Assembly (NCBI GenBank): GCA_903896595.1
Contig: CAITYL010000398.1
Location: forward strand, 7,084 to 71,083
Reading direction: 5' to 3'
Source: an uncultured Lentisphaerota bacterium
GTDB lineage: Bacteria; Verrucomicrobiota; Lentisphaeria; Oligosphaerales; CAITYL01
Length of the DNA: 64,000 nt
A program made the translations under genes and the position numbers. The notes below the pieces were generated by a model. The model was not told the origin of the DNA and ran no database searches. It was given only the letters and a program-made list of their open reading frames with translations. This document shows positions 6,786 through 14,728 of the stretch, in pieces (positions within the stretch are counted from its first letter, which is position 1; every line of letters begins with the position of its first letter).

Positions 6786-9167
6786 ATGAGCATCAAACCT
6801 GTCCCCGCACCCGCAACCGCCTTCGCCTTGGGCGGCGAGATTGGCCGCCGGCTCGCGGCGGTGACCCAGCAGTGGCTGCTGCCGGCGCCGTTCGCCAATC
6901 CCGGCCTGCTGGAAATGTTCCGCTACCGGGACCGGCAACCCTACGCCAACCAGGTGCCGTGGGCGGGCGAGTTCGCCGGCAAATACCTGACCCATGCCGT
7001 GCAGATCCTGCGCCTCACCGGCGACCCGCAGTTGCGGGACCACCTGGCTTGGTTCGTCTCGGAACTGGTCAGCCTCCAGGCCGAGGACGGCTACCTCGGC
7101 CCCTGGCCCCAGGCGTGGCGTCTGCGTTCGGGCGCGCCCAATTGTTCCGACCTGGTTTGGGACGCCTGGGGCCATTACCACGCCATGCTCGGCCTGCTGT
7201 TCTGGCACCAGTACAGCGGCGATGCCAACGCCCTGGCCTGCGCCCGGCGCATTGGCGACCTCTTCTGCAACCGTTTCCTTGGCAACACCGGCGAAACCCT
7301 GCACGGCACCGGCTGCCAGGAAATGAACCTGGCGCCGGTCCATTCCCTGGCTTGGCTGCACCGCCTCACCGGCGAGCCACGCTATTTGGAGCTGGCGCGG
7401 CAGATCACCGGCGAGTTCGCCATCCCCCCCGCCGGCGACTACCTGCGCGCCGGCCTGGCCAATACCCCCTTTTGGCAGACGCCGAAACCGCGCTGGGAAA
7501 GCCTGCACCCCATCCAGGGGCTGGCCGAGCTCTGGCGGACCACGGGCGACGACCAATACCGCCGCGCTTTCACCAGCCTGTGGCAAAGCATGCGCGACGG
7601 CGACCGCCACAACAACGGCGGTTTCACCTCGGGCGAACAGGCCACCGGCAATCCCTACGACCGCGGCGCCATCGAGACCTGCTGCACCGTCGCCTGGTCG
7701 GCCATGAGCGTGGACATGCTGGAACTCAGCGGCGACTCGCGGGTCGCCGACGAACTGGAGTTGAGCCTGTTCAACTCCGGCCTCGGCCTGATCTCGCCCT
7801 CGGGGCGCTGGGTGACCTACAACACGCCCATGAACGGCGAACGGCAGGCCAGCGCGCACACCATCGTCTTCCAGTCCCGCGCCGGCACCCCGGAACTCAA
7901 CTGCTGCTCGGTCAACGGCCCGCGCATGCTGGGACTGCTCGCCGAATGGGCGGTGCGCGCCCGTGACGGCGGCATCGACCTCAATTACTACGGTCCTGGC
8001 CAAATCACCGTCACCACCCCGGGCGGCGCGCGGTTGCGGCTCGACCAGGAAACCGATTATCCCCGCACCTCCGGTGTCCACCTCCGCCTCGACTTAACCG
8101 CACCGGAAACATTTCCGCTACGGTTGCGCATTCCCGCCTGGTCGCGAGAAACCCGGGCCCGGCTCAACGGCCACAAGCTCGCCCAACCGGTTCCCGGCCA
8201 GTACATGGAACTCAAACGGACCTGGCAGGCTGGCGATCAGGTCGAACTGGATTTCGACTTTACCCCGCACCGCTGGGTCAATGAGAGCATGCTGACGATT
8301 GCCGACGACTGGATCACCCGGTGGCGACTGTTCGGCCTGGTCCCGCGGCGCGCCGGGGAAATGGACACCAATCTGCGGCCGGCACTCCAAATGGCGCCCG
8401 CGCTGGAAAGCCTCACGGAGATGCCGAACCGGCTGGAGATCAACGGCCAGACTTATGACGCGGTGACCGCCGAAAGCACCCATGGCATCCTGAACGGCAA
8501 GGCCGTTTTCCCGGAGTTTCAGGGGCTGCCACCGTCCCTGGTCGGGTTCACCGAACTCACCGTTGCCGGCGCCCAAACGCTTACCGTAAATTTTGGTCCC
8601 GACTGGTGGATCAGCTGGTACGTCAACGGCGAACGCGTTTTTGACGGCACCGGCATCGGGTCGTTCGACGACCGGCCGTGCCTGGTCCGGCTGCCCCTGC
8701 GCGCCGGCCGCAACGTGATCGCCTTCCAAATGGGCGGCGGCACCTCCCGCCACTGCTGGCTGAGCCTGGCCCGGGGCCGCCTCGCGGGCGAGCCGCCCAG
8801 TGCCTGCCCGCCCCACCAGCCGGTCTCCGTCTACCGCGGCCCCATCCTGCTGGCCTACGACCCGCGGTTCAATCCCGGCCGCGACTGTCCCGCCGCGCCC
8901 CCGCCGTTGCCGGCCGCCGTTCCGGAACTGACGCCGTGCGAGTGGCCGCAATGGCTCAAACCATGGCTGCTCTTCCGCACCGCTGCGGCGGACGGCGGCG
9001 CGGTCACGCTCTGCGACTTCGCCAGTGCCGGCCAGGCCGGCGGCCAGCCCTACACCAGCTGGCTGCCCGTGGCCGTGCCCAAGGCCGGCCCCCTCCACAG
9101 CGACTCCCCGTTCGCCACCGACATCAGCAGGCCAAACCACGCCGTTGGTCCGCCACCATCGCCATGA
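6786..9167 (+). CDS. GH127-like (DUF1680) beta-L-arabinofuranosidase family protein with extra C-terminal beta-sandwich domain
   Basis: ETCCTVAW and PELNCCSVNGPR resemble the Glu/Cys zinc site and Cys-Cys catalytic region of HypBA1-type GH127 enzymes (from memory). Also GEFAGKYLTHAVQ and WESLHPIQGLAELW. The last ~230 aa form an additional domain. Confidence 0.8.
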   Translation: MSIKPVPAPATAFALGGEIGRRLAAVTQQWLLPAPFANPGLLEMFRYRDRQPYANQVPWAGEFAGKYLTHAVQILRLTGDPQLRDHLAWFVSELVSLQAEDGYLGPWPQAWRLRSGAPNCSDLVWDAWGHYHAMLGLLFWHQYSGDANALACARRIGDLFCNRFLGNTGETLHGTGCQEMNLAPVHSLAWLHRLTGEPRYLELARQITGEFAIPPAGDYLRAGLANTPFWQTPKPRWESLHPIQGLAELWRTTGDDQYRRAFTSLWQSMRDGDRHNNGGFTSGEQATGNPYDRGAIETCCTVAWSAMSVDMLELSGDSRVADELELSLFNSGLGLISPSGRWVTYNTPMNGERQASAHTIVFQSRAGTPELNCCSVNGPRMLGLLAEWAVRARDGGIDLNYYGPGQITVTTPGGARLRLDQETDYPRTSGVHLRLDLTAPETFPLRLRIPAWSRETRARLNGHKLAQPVPGQYMELKRTWQAGDQVELDFDFTPHRWVNESMLTIADDWITRWRLFGLVPRRAGEMDTNLRPALQMAPALESLTEMPNRLEINGQTYDAVTAESTHGILNGKAVFPEFQGLPPSLVGFTELTVAGAQTLTVNFGPDWWISWYVNGERVFDGTGIGSFDDRPCLVRLPLRAGRNVIAFQMGGGTSRHCWLSLARGRLAGEPPSACPPHQPVSVYRGPILLAYDPRFNPGRDCPAAPPPLPAAVPELTPCEWPQWLKPWLLFRTAAADGGAVTLCDFASAGQAGGQPYTSWLPVAVPKAGPLHSDSPFATDISRPNHAVGPPPSP

Positions 9168-9546
9168 CATCTTCGTATTCGCGGCAAACCAGGGAAAAAA
9201 AGGCGGCGGTCTGCTCGGAATCGTTCTTGCACAGGAACCGGCCCCGAAGAGCTTCGAACGCCAAGATGGGATCGGCTTGGTTCAGCACCACCAGATCCAC
9301 TTTTTCCACGCCGGGAAGCTGGTCGCAAAGGTCCGTGTAAAACCGGAGAAATTCATCGGCGGCGGGCGGCCGGTCAAACAAGACCGCCACGTCCAGATCG
9401 CTGCCGGACTGCATCCACCCGTCCCTGGCCGAGCCAAACACGGTGGCGGCGACTACTCGGGGAGCCGCCGCCAAATAACTTTCCAGGCGCGCCAAATCCA
9501 CCGCCGTCCCGGAACGCGGGGTGGTTGTCTCAGCCTTGGCGTTCAT
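9124..9546 (-). CDS. mntA: MntA-type minimal nucleotidyltransferase (antitoxin of HEPN/MNT module)
   Basis: VFGSARDG ... SDLDVAV nucleotidyltransferase motif (GS-x10-DxD). Start chosen at ATG 9546 (track start 9585 is also possible). Overlaps hepT by 17 nt and the convergent GH127 gene by 44 nt. Confidence 0.75.
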   Translation of the reverse strand: MNAKAETTTPRSGTAVDLARLESYLAAAPRVVAATVFGSARDGWMQSGSDLDVAVLFDRPPAADEFLRFYTDLCDQLPGVEKVDLVVLNQADPILAFEALRGRFLCKNDSEQTAAFFSLVCREYEDVMAMVADQRRGLAC

Positions 9547-9946
9547 GCGGCTCAACCTCGCGGGTAAAATGGTCGAAATCGTCAAGGCATTGGTTGACGA
9601 CCATCACCAGGATGTCCGTGTCAATTTGTTCATAGCGATGCACGATCAAATTCCTGAACTTGATCATGTTGCGGTAGCGTTCGGCATCGACCAAAACATG
9701 CAAATCCTGCAACTGCCGCAACGAGGCGAACGAGTCGGTGGAAACCGGCCGATTCTCCAAACAGATAATGCGGTTGGCAACATCGATCATGGCTTCAATG
9801 CAAACTTGCAACGTGCGCTCAATCCCGCTGCGCAGGAAGAAGTCATTTTCAAGCGTCGCCCGGGTCAGCGGCGCCAACCCCCGCAAGCGTGACACATGCT
9901 GCCCGATCAGATCCAGTTTGCGGGCCACCACGCCATTGTATTTCAT
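9530..9946 (-). CDS. hepT: HepT-type HEPN (DUF86) toxin
   Basis: R-x4-H HEPN motif in FRNLIVHRY and DUF86-like length. Start set to ATG 9946 (MKYNGVVARK, GGGGG about 8 nt upstream). The track N-terminal extension to 10201 is low-complexity. Confidence 0.75.
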   Translation of the reverse strand: MKYNGVVARKLDLIGQHVSRLRGLAPLTRATLENDFFLRSGIERTLQVCIEAMIDVANRIICLENRPVSTDSFASLRQLQDLHVLVDAERYRNMIKFRNLIVHRYEQIDTDILVMVVNQCLDDFDHFTREVEPHERQG

Positions 9947-10158
9947 AACCATTGCCCCCGATCTTTTACAAATACTATATAACTCAAGAACCCGGTGGTG
10001 TCCAACCTCGAATGGTATTAAAAAGTACGGCGTTTCCCCACAGCCGGGAGCCGCCCGGCCCGGGCGGAATGTTGGCGTCATTCCGATGCCGCCCTCCGGA
10101 ATGGGGCTACCCCCATCCATCCTCAGACACGTCGGACATGTCCGACAGGTCGGAAGCG

Positions 10159-12234
10159 TCAGAGGACGCCAGTTGCCCGGGCAAGGCGCAGCAGCGCGCA
10201 ACTATGGGCGGGCACTTCCAGCGCCAGGGTGCCGGCGGCGCGGCTGTGGAAGCGGCCCGTCCACACGTCATGCACATCCACGGCCGCGTCAGGGGCAAAA
10301 CCAGCCTGGGATAAAGTCACTTGCAGCACCGTTGCGGAGTCCGCAAAATTGAACAGGCCCAGCACCTCGGCCGGGGCGGCCGGCGCGCGGCCCTTGCGCC
10401 AGCCCGCCCAGACGGCGGGAAACTCGCGCTCGAAAAAATCCAGGGGCCGGGTGTCGAACGAATCCCGCTCGGCCACCAGCCAGCGCGACCATTTTTCCCG
10501 TTCCGGGGCCAGGGTGGCAAAGCGGTCGCTGAGCAGGATCAGGCCGCCGGTCAGCCACAGGGCGGCGGTCCACAGGCGCACCTCGTTATCGGTCAGTGAG
10601 TTGTGGTCGGCGCGCACCAGATGCACATCGGGGTCGTTGAGCCACAGGCGCCCGTGCATGTAGCGGCGGTTGATGATGTTGCGGCAGACATTGGGCAGAC
10701 ACGGCGCCTCCTTGGGCAACGGCTGCCGGTCCGGTTTCCAATAGGGGGTGATGTCGGTGCCGATGCGTTCGCCATCAACGATGCCGACCGCCGGCCCCAG
10801 CAGGGTGGTGCCGCCCAGGATGAAGCGCTCGCCGCCAAAGCCGTCCCGGATCGCCTGCAACCCGCGCCGGCAGGCCTGGGCGCGGGTCGCCTTGGGATCC
10901 CCATAAACCCCGTCCTTGACCGCGCATTCGTACATCAGGAAATCGAGTTTGACGTAGTCATAGCCCCAGGCGGCCAGAGTGGCGAACAGCGAACGCAGCC
11001 ACGCCTGGGCCTCCGGCCGAGTACAGTCCAGCACCGCGACGCGCGAGCCCCGCCACTCGGTCGTCCAGGCGGTTTCGCCGGCCGGCGTCCGGACCATCCA
11101 GTCGGGGTGCGCGGCATAGAGGTGCGAGCGTTCCTCCACCATGAACGGCGCCAGCCACAGCCCCGGCTTGCAACCGGCCGCGCGGATGTCGCGGGCCAGC
11201 GTTTCCGGGCCGTTCGGGAACGAGGGGCTGGGCTCCAGCCAGTCGCCCAGGGCGCGCTGGAATCCGTCGTCGATCTGCACGTACTCCAGCGGCAGCTCCG
11301 CCCGGCGTTCCCGGATCAGGCGCAGGTTCTCCTGCACATCGGCGTCAGTGATCTTCTCGAAGTAGTAATACCAGCTGCACCAGCCGCTTGGAGTATGGTT
11401 CCAAATGCGGGCGTGCATCCGGGCGCCCCAGAGCGTGGCAAACTCCTCCAGCAAGCCGTAACCGTCGGAACCGGCCAGGAGCGCCAGGGTTTCCGAGGCG
11501 ACCGTCTCGCCCGGATCGACGCGGATGCCGTCCGCATAGGCATAGGCGGCAAAGCGGGTAACGCCCGCGTCATCCAGTTCCACGGCGAGACGCGTCACCT
11601 GGTCGGCGGAAGTGATGAACCCGGCCAGCAGGGACGCCCCCGACACGCGGTCGTTGAGCACCACGGCATACTCGGCGGAAAAACGGTTGGGGGTGATGCT
11701 GTCATACGCCGCCGGTGCGGAGACCGCAAACGGCAAGTAACCGGGATCCAAGTCAAAATCGCATTCGCCATAACGCACCGTGCCAGCGGCGGCGGCAGCC
11801 GTCCAGCCTTCGCGGTAGAGCCGCAGGCGCGGTCCGGGAACGGCCAGAAAATCATCCGCCGCCCCGCCGGGCGCCCGCTGCTGCTGGAAGCGGAACCCGC
11901 CGAAACGGATGGCCGCGCCACTGGCGTTCTCGATCCGGGCCTGGAGTTCATGGTGCCGCCGGCCATGTCCGGCCGGCCTGAGGGAGAACCGGACACCAAT
12001 ACCCGCCATGGTTGCCGTGCCCGCGCCGTCGGGGGCGACGGCCCACCGGTCCGGTTCCCGCCACTGTCCGTCGATCTCGACCGCCAGGCGGAGATCGGTG
12101 AAGAGCCGCTCCACGGGCCGTGCTTCACTCGCAACGGCAGGCACGGGCCAGCCCACCCGCAGGCCGCTGCCGCCATTTTTCCAAGCCGTGCCCGTCGAAT
12201 TGGTTTTGTTCTCGGAAATAGCCATGCGGATCAT
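10159..12234 (-). CDS. GH36 alpha-galactosidase (Thermotoga GalA-like)
   Basis: GWCSWYYYF ... EYVQIDDGFQRALGDW ... GLWLAPF ... YVKLDFL closely parallels TmGalA-type GH36 motifs. Start ATG 12234 forms an ATGA overlap with the upstream stop at 12231-12233. Confidence 0.85.
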   Translation of the reverse strand: MIRMAISENKTNSTGTAWKNGGSGLRVGWPVPAVASEARPVERLFTDLRLAVEIDGQWREPDRWAVAPDGAGTATMAGIGVRFSLRPAGHGRRHHELQARIENASGAAIRFGGFRFQQQRAPGGAADDFLAVPGPRLRLYREGWTAAAAAGTVRYGECDFDLDPGYLPFAVSAPAAYDSITPNRFSAEYAVVLNDRVSGASLLAGFITSADQVTRLAVELDDAGVTRFAAYAYADGIRVDPGETVASETLALLAGSDGYGLLEEFATLWGARMHARIWNHTPSGWCSWYYYFEKITDADVQENLRLIRERRAELPLEYVQIDDGFQRALGDWLEPSPSFPNGPETLARDIRAAGCKPGLWLAPFMVEERSHLYAAHPDWMVRTPAGETAWTTEWRGSRVAVLDCTRPEAQAWLRSLFATLAAWGYDYVKLDFLMYECAVKDGVYGDPKATRAQACRRGLQAIRDGFGGERFILGGTTLLGPAVGIVDGERIGTDITPYWKPDRQPLPKEAPCLPNVCRNIINRRYMHGRLWLNDPDVHLVRADHNSLTDNEVRLWTAALWLTGGLILLSDRFATLAPEREKWSRWLVAERDSFDTRPLDFFEREFPAVWAGWRKGRAPAAPAEVLGLFNFADSATVLQVTLSQAGFAPDAAVDVHDVWTGRFHSRAAGTLALEVPAHSCALLRLARATGVL

Positions 12235-14438
12235 TGCACCCTGTGATTTATCATCTCCGCGTCCTGAGCTTGACGGGCGGTTGTGAAGGACAATTCCCAC
12301 GTGACGCGACAGCTCTTCCGGCTCGTGATGTCGACGGTCAGAAGATGGCCGTTGACGGACGCCACAGCCGGCGGGCAGCCGGCGGGCAGCGAAAGCGCCG
12401 CAAATATGTAGCCATCCGGCAAGTAGACAGAGAAGCGGTAGGCGTCGCCCGCCACGACTTCCGACTGGCCGGAGAGACGATTCGTCTTCCCGTTCCAGGC
12501 CAACGAGACCAGATCGATGGCGCCTTGAGTGATGTGCCGCGAGGTGGAGATCACTTGCGGGTGGCTTTCAACCGGGGTGATGCGAAGCACGGCGGAATCC
12601 ATCGGGGGAACCTCGATGGTCAGCACGTCGCCATGGACACCGAGAAATTGGCCGTCCCAAAAACTGTAGACGGCATGACACCGGCCGTGGCGCGTGTCGA
12701 TCTGCAAGTCGGCGTCCAAGCTTAAAGTAAGCGTCAGCAGCTCGTCCTTGGGGTTGAGCACGTCGATGACGTTCCACGTTCCAAACGGCTTGCAAACCGC
12801 GAGGTTGGTCAGCGCATAGTCGTTACCCCGAACTTTCGGCTGGACGTCCACCGGGTGGATGTCGGCGACCGGCATCAGCCGTTTGAGCAGGTCGATCCTG
12901 GCCTCGTCCAGCTCCGGAAGGGCATCGCCAAGGGTCACCGGCAGTCCGGCCAAGCCGTAGAAAGAGACCCGGGAACGGGCCTGGGCAAGGGTGTTGAATT
13001 CGCGGCGCAGAACCAGATTGTCGGCATCGGCGTAGAACACCACGTTGTGCCAGGGATAGAAGTGCAAGACACGGTCGACCGAGTTGGCGATGAACTCCTC
13101 CCAGCCGAAGATATCGCCGCCGATTCTGGCCATGTCGAAGAGATCCATGGCGAAAGTGATGTCGCGTTCGGTGGCGCCGGCGCAGGAGAGCAGAAAGAAG
13201 TCCGGCCCCACGGTGGCTCTCGCCGCTTGGACGAGCTGCCGCATGGCCGCATCCGTGGAGAGCTTGGGATTATGGAACTGCGCATGAAAGGCGTCGCCCA
13301 TGTCGAAGGTGGCGGGCAGGCAATCCCACTTGATGGCTTGATAACCCCAATCGCGGATCTGCCTGAAGACGGCCGGAATGTAGGTGCCGGCCACGTCCGG
13401 GTGGCTGGGGTCAACCCAGAACTGACCGCACCATTCCGGCTTTTGCGCGAGAATCCAGTCGGGATGCTTGTGCAGGAGATGGTTGCGCTGCCCGTCATTG
13501 GTCGCGCCGACCCAAAGGGCCGGAATGAGACCCAGTTTCCCGATCTCTTGGGCGACAAAGTCCAGCCCATGGGGATAGGCATCCTTCCGTGGGGTGAAAG
13601 TATCGACCCCCGTCTCGCCGAGCCCGGTGAAGTCGCTATGGTTCCATTCCCAATCGACCCAGAGGCAGAGCCGGTCGGTGTATTGGCCAAAAGTTGCGGC
13701 GAGGAGCCGGGCATTCTCCAGCACCCGTTGTTCACACGCTTTGAACTGCACGGCATACCAGGTCATCCAGCCGACCGGCGGGGTGGTGAAGCCGTGACTC
13801 TTGTTGATGGGGGCGTACGGGATGTTGAACTTGCGCCGGTAGAACTCCTCATGGATTTTAAACGAGAAGTTGCGTCCGTAGTCGAGGCCGCTGGCGAAGA
13901 CGAAGCGGTAAGTTGCCGCCTTCCAATCATAGAAAACCGTGAATTGATCGGTTGCCTTGAATTCGAGGGCACGGTCGGAGAGGCGGTCGAAGAGAGCATG
14001 GTCATGGCGTGAAAAGGCAGGGCCGCAGGCCGTGCGCAAATGGGGGTCGTCAGTGGTCATCCGGATGCCCCAGGTGGCGTGTTCGGGGTCTTCGCCCCAG
14101 TGGATGTCGCCATCGATATGGACAATGGCCCGCGCAAAGGTGCGCAGGTGCAGCGAACCGGAGTCGATGGTGAAGTGCAGTTCGACACTCGGCACCGCGG
14201 CGGGGCCGTCCGAATAGAGGACGCTTAACGACTGGCTGCCAAGCTGAACCGGCCGTTTGAATTCGATTTTCCCATAGTCCCCAAGCGCAATCGCCTCGCC
14301 CTGATAGCTGCGAACCGACGGCCTGGCGTCCGTGATGAACGGCCGCGCCTCCGCGTCCCCGGCGGCCGCATAGGAACAGGAGAAGCCATGCCGTTGTTCA
14401 TCGTACTCGACGGAATAGTTTTTAAAGTTAAGATACAT
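12231..14438 (-). CDS. clan GH-D (GH27/GH36-like) alpha-galactosidase family protein
   Basis: PPVGWMTWYAVQF ... LWVDWEW ... GLIPALWV ... WGYQAIKWDC is a melibiase-type barrel pattern. Start set to ATG 14438 (AGAGG upstream) rather than 14534. Confidence 0.75.
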   Translation of the reverse strand: MYLNFKNYSVEYDEQRHGFSCSYAAAGDAEARPFITDARPSVRSYQGEAIALGDYGKIEFKRPVQLGSQSLSVLYSDGPAAVPSVELHFTIDSGSLHLRTFARAIVHIDGDIHWGEDPEHATWGIRMTTDDPHLRTACGPAFSRHDHALFDRLSDRALEFKATDQFTVFYDWKAATYRFVFASGLDYGRNFSFKIHEEFYRRKFNIPYAPINKSHGFTTPPVGWMTWYAVQFKACEQRVLENARLLAATFGQYTDRLCLWVDWEWNHSDFTGLGETGVDTFTPRKDAYPHGLDFVAQEIGKLGLIPALWVGATNDGQRNHLLHKHPDWILAQKPEWCGQFWVDPSHPDVAGTYIPAVFRQIRDWGYQAIKWDCLPATFDMGDAFHAQFHNPKLSTDAAMRQLVQAARATVGPDFFLLSCAGATERDITFAMDLFDMARIGGDIFGWEEFIANSVDRVLHFYPWHNVVFYADADNLVLRREFNTLAQARSRVSFYGLAGLPVTLGDALPELDEARIDLLKRLMPVADIHPVDVQPKVRGNDYALTNLAVCKPFGTWNVIDVLNPKDELLTLTLSLDADLQIDTRHGRCHAVYSFWDGQFLGVHGDVLTIEVPPMDSAVLRITPVESHPQVISTSRHITQGAIDLVSLAWNGKTNRLSGQSEVVAGDAYRFSVYLPDGYIFAALSLPAGCPPAVASVNGHLLTVDITSRKSCRVTWELSFTTARQAQDAEMINHRVQ

Positions 14439-14568
14439 GTGAGCCTCTTGCAAAACTCCGATTACCGGTTCAATGCCCATCCGAGCCGCGAACGAAGCGA
14501 CCGCAGGGAGCGAAAGTGACCGGTCAAAAAGCATCCACTTTTCTTAGTTCCGTCATGATTTTTATTTT

Positions 14569-14662
14569 CCCGCAGAGGCGCGGAGGCGCAGAGAAACAGC
14601 CAAGTCAAATTTTGCCATGATGCCTGACCTGATTTTTCTCCGCGCCTCTGCGCCTCTGCGGG
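14569..14662. repeat. triplet-unit hairpin element (cccgcagaggcgcggaggcgcagagaaa / tttctccgcgcctctgcgcctctgcggg)
   Basis: 28-nt arms at 14569-14596 and 14635-14662 are complementary at 26 of 28 positions, with a 38-nt loop. Arms are three cgc(a/g)gag(g/a) units. Confidence 0.85.
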
Positions 14663-14728
14663 AGATAATTCGTAACTGAAGGTCGAATGCTGAAGGATGG
14701 CAACCGTGGGTTTTGCAAGAGCCTCATG

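Noticed and set aside
6753-9170. Minus-strand ORFs 6753..8081 and 8118..9170 opposite the GH127-like gene
   Set aside because: The plus-strand product carries the GH127 hallmarks (ETCC, NCCSVNGPR). The antisense products are low-complexity.
9947-10201. Long N-terminal extension of the HEPN ORF (track start 10201)
   Set aside because: The extension is Pro/Cys/Gly-rich, overlaps repeat-arm sequence and the GH36 3' end. DUF86 proteins are about 130-140 aa, which matches a start at 9946/9952.
10603-12246. 547-aa plus-strand ORF opposite the GH36 gene (likewise 12855..14012, 17334..18749, 19413..20678)
   Set aside because: The minus-strand products align to well-known GH36/GH-D/GH2 motifs. The plus-strand products are repetitive and R/G/P-rich.
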